A stretch of 64,000 nucleotides of DNA, taken from the NCBI RefSeq assembly GCF_009834535.1, contig NC_045696.1:73348001-73412000 (forward strand). Direction: 5' to 3'. The translations under genes were made by a program, and so were the position numbers. Positions 53,981 to 64,000 of the stretch are shown here, piece after piece (the stretch's first letter is position 1; every line of letters starts with the position of its first letter). The stretch comes from Camelus ferus. Taxonomy: Eukaryota. Under the pieces are notes generated by a model. It saw only the letters and a program-made list of their open reading frames with translations, was not told where the DNA came from and ran no database searches.

Positions 53981-54739
53981 AGGTAACAGTGATAATATCA
54001 GGACATCAGGACAAAAATAAATAAATTTTATTTTGATATAAAACCATAAATGTCTAAAACCTGTCTCCATATTTACTTTGTCATCAACATGGAGCTGAAC
54101 ATAAAAAGTTACATGTGCTTAAACAAGAGCTGTCAGTCCTGCTGTCCTTGCTCTCCCCCATCCACTTCATCCAGGATCAAGGTCATTGTACTGAATTTGT
54201 GGCCCTACAATCACTTGCATTTCATCACCCCAAATTATGATGTCCAAAACACAGAAATTTGACTTTATGGCCGAAGCATCTAGGAAGAGAATTCTTACTC
54301 TAACACAAATACCCGTAATAATGGCAAAAGAAAGCAGGAAATTACGGGTAAAATAAATTGCTTTTTTTGTACAAACATTATTTTTTTCAAGGTCTTGTCA
54401 GTATAAAAGCCCCTCTTTCAAATCACTAAAGTCACTTCACCCTCTTTTTAATTTTGCTCTTTCAGTCCTTCTCCTCCTACTTCATCAAAAGTCAAAGTTA
54501 GAAAACCACCTAAATTAACCCCTTTCCCATGACATGATCATTTCTAGTTTCCAGGAGTTACTAAGCAGCTCTAAATCCAGACTACCGATGATAAAAGAGG
54601 AGGAATGGAAGGCATGGTAAATGAGAGACGACAGATATGAGGGGAAATGCCACTGAAATGACAAATGCTGCGCGTTGGCAGACAGACGGTTGATTTCCTT
54701 ATTCCATAGAGAGCTCTTCAACCCCACAAGAATAACACT

Positions 54740-55300
54740 GATGGCCAAATAGAAAGACTGGCAAAGGACATGAACAGGCTGTTCACATCAAAAGAAAATG
54801 AAGTGGTTTTTAATCATCTGAAAAGATACTCAACCCCAGTCATAATTAAAGAAATGCAAATTAAAATAAGATACAATACTTAAATTTCAGGTTGGGGAAA
54901 AAAGCAAAGCCAGTTATAGGGAAGAAGTTGCCTTCATACATCACATTGGGAGCACAGCTTTACGTTTAACCAAATTCAAAATGAATGCAATCTATGACCC
55001 AGTAATTATACTTCTAGAAGTATAGACTACAGGTGCATTTGGCCCAGAGTTACATGTTCAGGCATATTACAGCAGCAATTCTAGAAGCAAGTTCCTGGAA
55101 ACAACCCAAATGTCCTCTGGTTTATGCCAAGCACCCCTAAAATACACCTGGAGGGCCACAAAGACAACTGGTCACTGAGACGACCTGAAGGGAGGGATCA
55201 GGGCAGGAGTGGAACAGGGAATTATTTTCACTGTCCATTTTTGGACATTTTTATTTTTCAAAAAGAATGTATATTAAAATAATCCACTAAAACAAATATT
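54740..55300 (+). mobile_element. Old L1M (L1MC/ME-like) 3' remnant
   Basis: ggcaaaggacatgaacagg...gaaaagatactcaacc...aaagaaatgcaaattaaaa...ctatgacccagtaatt...ggaaacaacccaaatgtcc. Confidence 0.8.
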
Positions 55301-58280
55301 TTAAAGATGCTTTTGGGGTTTTGGAAGAGAAAACCAAGAAGAAGCAGCCATGAAAATTTCAATTTCTCCCACAAAACACAGTTCCAAAAATTTTAAGGAC
55401 ACAACCCGAGAGGACAATCTGGAAATAAGCCCTAAGATAACATGCTAAATTTGTGTGCTTGCTCCATTTTCACATTCCGTGTGATATCTTCCTTCAAAAA
55501 TGACCCAAGTTTACCCATCATGTAATGTTACTAGCACTCCACTGTTGCCATGTCAGAATTCAACACATAATGGTAACAGAGACAGTTCAAATCATTGAAC
55601 TTACCAAATAATTAGCATTCTTTAAGCTGTCTTCCCTATGACCAAGAATATTTTTCTATTTTTAAAGAACTCATCTTTCTAATCCTTGGTGAAAGCTGCC
55701 CACCGTAAGGCCATGACATCTAAGGCATCATAGTTGTGTCTCCGTTACTGTGCAGCATCATCAGACTGGTGGCCTTATAAATTCCTCATGTTTGCCAAAC
55801 ACATTACATGGAAGATCATAGTGTTAATTTGGAAAGGGAAACAGTTTTATGGCATCTAAAGGACTGGAAAAATTACTTCTAATCCTTTTGGGAATCAAAG
55901 AGGCAATAAAGTGAAATTGAGTGCAGAAAGACTCACATTATAAATCCATTTACTACCAAGCCTTGTTTACTCAAGGATTTATTCATGCCAGTAACTAGTC
56001 ACCAAAGCTTAATAGCATGACTTTACCAGAATTTCACTTAAAGAAGTGTCTGATATTTTTTCACAAATAGTGTTCAGCTGATTAAAGCCTAATTACACAC
56101 ACTGAATTAAAGGTGTGAGTACATAATAAAATGTTCCAGCTAAAAGGAATCTGTGCTGGTGTTTGATTTCCAGCTAGTAATTTGGCTGGAATAAAAGGGA
56201 AACAAGAAAGCAGAATTGTTTAAAAGGTGCAGCTATATGACAACATGCATTTCTAAAACTGGAAAAAGAAATAGACAAATGTACTGTGCATTTTTTAAGT
56301 GGGACATGCTGAAATCTAAAACAGCCTTTCCTACTACTGAACATTTATAATAATAATAATACAAACCACACTCATGGAGGCCAACAGCCAGAAAAAACAT
56401 ATTTCCATTTTAACGCCTTTAGATGATCAAAGCATCAGCTTAATATAATCAGCTGAAATCCATTTACCCGCGAGCTTGCCACTGTGCCCAGGGACTGCTT
56501 TCGCTTCCAGCCCTATCTATTCTGGAACAGGTGCTATACTAGTAAATTAATTAGTCTGTGGAGAAGCACCTTGTTCTCCATCTCTGCAGGCGTCTTGTGG
56601 GTCAGGGCCTTGAGGACTTCACCATCTGGGCAGAGTTTCCCCCAGAGAAACAATCAAAGCCCACAGATTGCAGCCTACAGAGGAAGGTTCAGATGACAAT
56701 TAACCTTATTAGGCCTCATTTTTTACAGTTTCTAGTGTGTCAACATGTTGGCTCCATAAATAATCTGCTACATCAAATAGGTGGAAAGAAATGGTTTCGC
56801 CTCTCATTAAAAGTCATAAAGCCTTCCAGAAAAGAAGTATAATATTTAAGAGGAATAGTGTCATTTACAAATGTCCAAATGGTGGGATTATTGAGTAGGA
56901 AGCTAGATTTCAAATAAAGTTCATTAAAAAAACCTATCATCCATTTCTTCTGGATATAAATTCTGAGGGAACAGAACTTCATTTTCTTTCTTTTCTAGAT
57001 CTTTCAAATTTTTCTCTCAGGCTTAATGCTTCCTATATATGTGGTTTGGTAACATCTGGCTAACTTAAGAAATAGATGTTTCTTTTTATTTAAATTGTAT
57101 TTTTGTTCCTTTTCCCCAGCCGCAGTTATGCATATATAATCCTGTTGTCCTAGGAATACAAAATAAAACCAATCAAGACAATTAACATCTACAGCCTGTC
57201 ACAAAATCAACAGATACTTAAGCCTACATTTTTAATCAGAGTAAGCTTAATTAAGCACTTCACAAATGACTTTTCAGCCTGGCACCAAAAAATGCCCACT
57301 TTTATTTTTTTAAGTCTTTAAGTGTAATTTAAAAGAGAGTTTACTGGCAGATTATTATAGATTCTCATGAGAAGACCCCAAGAGTTCTTACTTATGTCTG
57401 TCCCTAATATTTGATAGGGGACTGGGCCCTACTGTTTCCCAATTCTATGATAGGATTCCAAGTTAAGATTTTACACTTGGGAAAGATACCTTCCCTGTTG
57501 GCTTCTCCCTCTTTTGCAGCCTCCTTAGACAGCTCCAGTGGGGCCTCGCGAGTCACCACTGGGTTAATGATGTGTTTGGAAGCTAGCTGACAGTGCAAGC
57601 AGCTTTGTCTTCTCACATATCCCCTGTGTTGATTCACGTGTAAGTTGGAAATACTTGCAAACTTGAACTGTTTGATATTAAAGCCGAGGAAACTCACTGG
57701 ATTCTGCCTAAAGACAGTTCTGTGGGATGAGAAGTGAGTGAAGAAAAAACTTTTCATAAAATGTAAATTTTATAGCTAAAAAAATAGCAGCAGACTTGAT
57801 AGTCATTCCATCAAAACAAATTTCCACTGAAGTTACCTTTGGAATCTGGATATAATGTGTTTAGCTTGGAATTTCTTGTCATGATATAATGCTTTTATTA
57901 TGTAAATGCAAACATGAAATTGGAGACCAAATGAAAACTTCACTTCCTTTCTAGTTTTGGTCAGAAGTAAATCTGAAAAAAATAATTAAGAACAGAGGCA
58001 TGACCTTAAGGTATATGAGCATTCTTATTCAGTATATGCCCTTCTGTTATTAAATACATATTTATCACATCCATGAGTAATATTAGCTAATATCTAACCA
58101 TATTACAATTGTTTTTTAATCACAATTTACTATCATGCTTCTATTTTGCAAGTGTAGTTATGATGGAAAGCTCAGAGTCATTCACTAACAAGGGTAGAAG
58201 GAACTTGAAACTGGGATGGATCACAAAGTTAAAGTATCTCTCCTGGTATTGAAGAAAGGCTGGAACAGCCTCTGACAAAA

Positions 58281-58299
58281 CAGTGCCCTCTAGTGGACA
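58281..58299 (-). promoter_or_regulatory. CTCF core motif (strong match)
   Basis: Minus strand TGTCCACTAGAGGGCACTG fits the core consensus CCASYAGRKGGCRS at every position. Confidence 0.6.
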
Positions 58300-59399
58300 T
58301 ACAAACACTTGGAGTCGAAGCAATTCTCTTGCATGGAGTTGGGTTAGGAGTTGGAAATTTGGGTACATAGAGACATGTTACTATTATTGGACATTAAGAA
58401 AAAGAAGAGCAATATCTAGGGTAATCCCAAAGATAAGGAAGGCATGTTTCATTCATACAGAAAGCTTTACTGAGGGCCCCCTGTGAGCCAGCCCTAGTGC
58501 TATGTGTGTGGGATACAAAGACAGAACAGAACCCCTGCCCTCAAGCAGCTCATGGACTAACATAACCATGTTTGAGAAAAGTAAGTATGAAAAGAAGAGA
58601 AATAGTAAGATGGGAAGTGAATGTAGGTCTCCAAAGGTGAAAAAAAAGGACATTTTCACACAGGCTCTTTTTAAAAAATGCTAAACCCAACCAGTTTGAC
58701 AAAGTGTTGAAGCCGTTTTTGAGTACCTATGATAGATCCACCCAAAAAATGATCTGTTAAAGCCAGGAGAAAACAAAAGTAGATAAACTCTGTTCTCTGT
58801 AACTGAGGATGTTTTGGCATTACTACCATTCAGAAAGGGCTGAATATTTTATACCAGAGTTTGTGCAGTTGTTTGAGTCCTCAGGAGTGGCGGATTGGAG
58901 GGAGACACATTTCAGAGTCCACTATGCTCCCTAAGACACCCTCCCATGAGGTCATCCCATGGACCTCCTGGTAGGAGTATCTAAGAGTCCCGTGGCGGGT
59001 AGGTTTGAGATAATCAACCTCAAACCCGAGACTGTGCATGACCACTAATCGGGCATTCAAATAAATAAATAAAGCCATGAGTAAATATGTCCCTTTCAGC
59101 ATTAATCATATTCTATTTTCACCTTAAACCCTAAAAAGTATATGATGCTAACATGTGTTGTGTTGCACACATGTATGGTATTATATGTATATCACTGAGT
59201 CATAAGAGCTGGTGGTATTACCAGGTAAATGGAAAGCAAAGGAATTGCTTTGGTGAACAACCAACAGAGACACAGATCTAAGAAAATAAAAAAAAAAAAA
59301 AATGACAAATGGAACTGGTAAAAGTTTCTTCATGATAAAAACTTTCTTTAATCCCTGGTTTGATTAATCATTCCATTTTCTATGAGATTTCACTGAACC

Positions 59400-59590
59400 C
59401 TTCATGTATTTCATCATAATACCTGCTACACTATGATGCACTTTGTTTGTATACTTGGCACCTTTTATTAGATAAATTTCTTAAACCTCCTGGTAGCCAG
59501 AGGCAATGTCATTTACTATTGTATCCCAGTTCCCTATTGTTCCTAGAACAATGCCTAGCACAAAATAGACACTCAATATTTCCTGGTTGG
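59400..59590 (+). mobile_element. L2 3' end
   Basis: ttgtatcccag...cctagaacaatgcctagcacaaaatagacactcaata. Confidence 0.65.
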
Positions 59591-62479
59591 GTTACTACTC
59601 AAAATATGTAATACTTTGAAAGGAATATATTACATAATTACCCAGATTTTGCTGAATCAGAAGTATAAGTATCAAGATAGTTTACATATAAGAAAATTTA
59701 AATATAAAATTATCAAATGGAAAATTATAACCCTGTTAACAGAACAAAAGACCTTTTGAAAGTACCATTTAAAACTTACTGAATATGCAAAAAGAAAGAA
59801 AACCCAGTATTGGCAGGACTGTGGAGAACCTGGCATATACAAGAGTGTACAGTAATGTGAGAATGTGGTTCAACTTTGGAGAAAAGCAATCTAGACAAGC
59901 ATTGTTTAGATCCTTGATCTAGGAATTGAATTTGGGGAGATTATATCACAATGAAGACACCGAAAAGATTAATATACACAAGGTGTTCTTCTCAGTATCT
60001 CTCACAGTAACAAGACAAAGTAAAAAATAAAGGAAGAAAGGTTGGAAAAAGAAAAGAAGGAGAAGAAAATTTTTAAATGAAAAGAGAGTGGAAGGAAGGA
60101 AGAAAACAGGGAAGGAAAGGGAGGGAGATAAAGGAAAATGGAAATAAGATAAATGTCTAAGAATAAAGAAATAGAAAAGGAAACTGTCATTACAACATAG
60201 GGAGATCCCATACAATCAATTAAAAAATAAACATGTATATTGGACAGATGTGTGGAGGATATATATGCATCTGTATATGTACACATATCCCTATGTGTAA
60301 ATTAGTGTTCACTGGGCATTATGGGTCAGGCACTATGCTAGGCTATCCCTATTTAGTACTCAGGACAAGCCTGCCTGGCAGGTTACTTTGTACAATGTCT
60401 CATAGTTTAAATTTGCAAAAATAAACTTATTCCAAAGAAAACAAAAAAAAATTTTTTTTAATATCCTCTAAGTACCACTGTAAAAATACACTTTACATAT
60501 CAGAAGTTAATTTTAAGTGATATAAACATTTAGAATTCAAAACTCATTTCTAACTCTATCCACTAGAAACAATAAATACTAGTGACAGCTTCTGACTTGG
60601 ATGGCATCCCACCCAGATTTAGGGTGAAAATGGAGTGTGGGACCACTATGTAAAAAGAAGGATTTTGACAAAGAAAAATAATTCTATTCTCTTAAATGAA
60701 TATATATGTTTGGGGGTGAATTGGAGAAAGGTAATGACAAGATCTTGGCCTTCAATTCTGAAAGTCTTCCGGTCTGTACCAACAGAGAGAAGCCCCAAAC
60801 TGTCTCCATTAACCTCTGATCATAGCATGAGGTGAAGGGGAATCAAGCAAACTGAGAATATTTAAATATTCTCTCTGCATAAAAGCTGTTTAGCTGCTGG
60901 AATCATTTCCTCTCACTGTCCCTGAGCTAAAGAAGTGGATCGATCAGCAGGGGAGGTGAACAGATGCAGCTGGAGAGGAAGAGAGGCTCGGGGGAATCAC
61001 ATTTGAGCAGCCGTGGGGGATGCGATGCCACAGAGGAGAGTTTACAGAAGCAGCTGGAGGAACAGAGCAACAGAGGGAAGGGCTCAGCCAGGAAAAAGCA
61101 AGAGACAAGATGCGCTCAGAGAAGTTCACAGCTTGCAATACTCCCTAAATATCCACACAGAGTGAGGGAGACACTTACTCTCAAGGGGGACTTAGGTAAT
61201 TTCCCCTTTTCCATTACAGCCTGCAGAAGAATTTAACACACATTTCAATTTTCCATTTGCACCTTTTGGACCTTCATGGCCTCTGTGATCAAGACCCACC
61301 CAAGATATATATTCCTGCTGGCAATTCTTCTATTGTATCCTCATTTCCCAAAGGGTAAAGCCATTCATCTATATTAGACCTTGACCATGAAAAATGCTGG
61401 GGAATGCCCAGTACTATTATTCTCCTTGAGTGGCATCAGGGACTCTCTCCTTCCCACCCTCTACAGGTAAATGCTACCTCCTACTTCCCGCCATTCAGGA
61501 AAATCCAAATGACCAAGAGTCAAGATTCTTGAAAGGACAGAATTCCTAGACAACAGAGAGAGTAGAACACATTTTGTAAATAAGAGTGAGTAACAAATTA
61601 ACACTCCTCAGAAGACCTTTCAAAAAAAGAAATCCATCTGGAAAAAGCTGAATGCTCTGTTCTTTTGGAAGCTACTGTTTACAGTAAAAACAGAGTAAAC
61701 TTCTTTACTATTAAAGTAAAGAAGCAAAAAACAAAAACATTCACACCTTATAAAGATCCTCATTTTATTCCTGGGGATCATCCTGGAAATTGAGATAATA
61801 ATAGTTCTTTGCATTAATATAGGGCTTTACAGCCTATTGTCAATTAGTACATGTTTTATATTTATCTTCTTTAATTTTTAAAGCTGGAATTTTAGAGTGG
61901 TTTTGTATGCCAATCCTAAATTCCACTGTCAGAGGCACAGAACACTCTTTGGAACAATTGTTATCTGTACACACATAAACATATAAAAATTATTGCTCAT
62001 GGTCACCTAGTCTTATATTGAGCCTACAGCTCTTCTAATTCCTGATAGCCCATTCAGCACCTAGGACAGTGCTGCATGTCACTCTCACAACGGTGTTTGA
62101 AAGAATAAATGGTAGCATATTGAGGGAAACAGCTTCACTGAGGAACTCTACACATTTAAGAAGAACTCCAAAAGGCTAGCCCTCAAGATATAGGCAAAGG
62201 CAAAATCACCCTTTCAAAAATCTTTAAGTAGTAAACATTATGCCAGCTTATTATTTCAACTATAGAATTTTTTTTTCAGTAGCCTAATCGTAAGTAATCA
62301 CAAAAGGCACAATAATCAAACATAAACCCAAGTTAATTTTCAGGTACTCTTTTTTTCCAAAGAGTTTTATATGAATATACCATTACATTCCCTTTTCTTC
62401 CCTGTGAACCAAGGTTACTAACACTGTTTCCCTTTAAAAATAGCAAATGAAAAATCCAAAATGAGAAAGAGAAGAGAGG

Positions 62480-62640
62480 AGGGAATTAATACTCATTGAG
62501 CATTTAAAGTGTGCCTGGTAAAGTACTGATTCTTTTTTCCCACATTATCTTAATGCTTACAATAACCCTGAAAAATAAGTATTCTTGTTTAGATGAGGAA
62601 ACTAAAGCTCAGAAACCTTAAGCAACTGATATAAGAAGCC
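62480..62640 (-). mobile_element. MIR SINE
   Basis: cattgagcattt...gtgtgcctgg...cttacaataaccctg...tagatgaggaaactaaagctcaga. Confidence 0.7.
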
Positions 62641-62725
62641 CGGATGATCTAAGAGCTTCTATTAACCAGAACTCCTAATTATGAGTAAATTAGCATGTTT
62701 ATGCATTCACCAAGTCTCTGTCTGT

Positions 62726-62727
<2 letters not shown>

Positions 62728-62758
<31 letters not shown>
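62728..62758. repeat. (CA)15 microsatellite
   Basis: Directly visible. Confidence 0.95.
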
Positions 62759-62760
<2 letters not shown>

Positions 62761-63479
62761 AAAGACAAAGACACACAGTCAGTTAAAATGAGAACTACAA
62801 CAAAACACTGAATACTGAGAACAACACACAGTGTTCTCTGGATGGCAGAAATAAATATAAAATAATAGAATATTGCATCATCTAATGAAAATCAGGCTCA
62901 GAAACTATCAAATGAGAAGTCTTGAAGGTCATCTTTAGCTGGAACAATTAAAATACAGAGCTCTTAGGTGCTAGGTGAGATGGGACCCTACGCGTAGGTT
63001 TCAGTCTAATTGTTTAATGCACAGAACTGTAAGATTCATTTTCCTGACTTTTCCAAGCAGTTACCAAATGTTCTCTTTGTACTACCCTAGAAGTTTTTTT
63101 TTTTTTAAATGTCTACTATAGGTTTAGCTGTGTTTCATTACATGGCAACTTCTAGAAGTTCACAAACACCACCCCGCCTTCTGCACACCTTCCCAAAGAG
63201 AAAATACTTGACAATGCAAAATTGTGGATTTGTGCATTTTTCTGGGATGGTATTTCATAACTTTCTCCAGACTTTCAAAAGGATATGCAACTGTCAAAGC
63301 TAAGAACCTCTGCTCTAGACTCTGAGGCCAATCTCCACCTGTCCTCTGCTCTCAATAAATGTCTGACCAATAAATGAGTGGATGGCATTCAGTGGGAGTC
63401 TAGAAGAAAACACACAGTCTTATCTATGCTCTTTGACCTCCAAGAATTTCATAGACATTAAACAGTTCTCTTTTAGAGA

Positions 63480-63740
63480 TAGGTCAGCATTATGTTGAGA
63501 AGATGAGCTTTGGAACTTTCTGCCTAGGTTCTATTCTGGACTCTACCACTTACTAGTTGTGTGACCTTGGTCAATCGACACAGCTCTCTTAGCCTCAGTT
63601 TCCTTATCTCTGAAATGGGGCTAATAATAAAAATAATAATAATAACAGGACGTAGTTAATATAGCTGATCTAGTTAGGTAATAAGATAATAAGTTTAAAG
63701 TGCCTGGCATGTGGTAGCACACAATCAGTGACTGTAAGCT
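63480..63740 (+). mobile_element. MIR SINE, near full length
   Basis: ctctaccacttactagttgtgtgaccttgg...gcctcagtttccttatctctgaaatggggctaataat...aagtgcctggcatgtggtag. Confidence 0.85.
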
Positions 63741-64000
63741 ATAGGGGTACATTGGTCGTGGCAGTGATCATAACCACAGAATTCCCCCAATTACTCTCCT
63801 TTATACCTGGAACATAAATCCAGATAATATTAGTGCTAGAGTACAGCAAAGCCTATATCTATTTACAGAACATATATTATCTATTGAATACCTACAATGG
63901 ACTGGCCTGGCCTGGTAGATGGCATAGGATGAAATTCTCACACACAAAAAATTTATAAATAAAAATGTCACATTTGAGCTTTTGGAGGTTTGTGGCTAAG

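Noticed and set aside
56169..56192. Hairpin TTCCAGCTA-gtaatt-TGGCTGGAA as a miRNA precursor
   Set aside because: The stem of about 9 bp is far too short for a pre-miRNA
60020..60185. Purine-rich tract as a possible triplex-forming element
   Set aside because: Irregular low-complexity sequence with no clear mirror repeat
60964..61236. 90-aa ORF with a coiled-coil-like EESLQKQLEEQ stretch
   Set aside because: No recognisable family or convincing splice context; composition follows from purine skew

Overview
AT-rich, CpG-poor placental-mammal genomic DNA, most likely a camelid (camel, alpaca or llama). The species call rests on two tRNA-Ala-derived SINEs with the Vic-1-type tail and on seeing no Alu, Bov-A/BovB or PRE-1 elements. 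I find no credible host protein-coding exon, RNA gene or CpG island. The only ORF-track entries I can assign to a protein family are broken pieces of LINE-1 ORF2 and one CR1/L3 fossil. Much of the window is transposon debris of different ages (MIR, L2, CR1, old L1M, MaLR/ERV LTRs, hAT MITEs, younger L1, Vic-1), including a three-level nested cluster at about 21.3-30.4 kb. Between the repeats lie several blocks with no recognisable repeat that are rich in homeodomain motifs, plus three co-oriented CTCF-like motifs. This fits a gene desert or giant intron near a developmental gene (inference). I see no evidence for a new multi-gene system. The most interesting observations are an ERV LTR transcript apparently retrotransposed by L1, an unidentified ~300-bp tailed insertion with a candidate TSD, a 28-bp templated insertion, and a PBX-HOX plus MEIS motif pair. 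Repeat subfamily names come from remembered consensus sequences, not a search, and boundaries are approximate unless TSDs are quoted.
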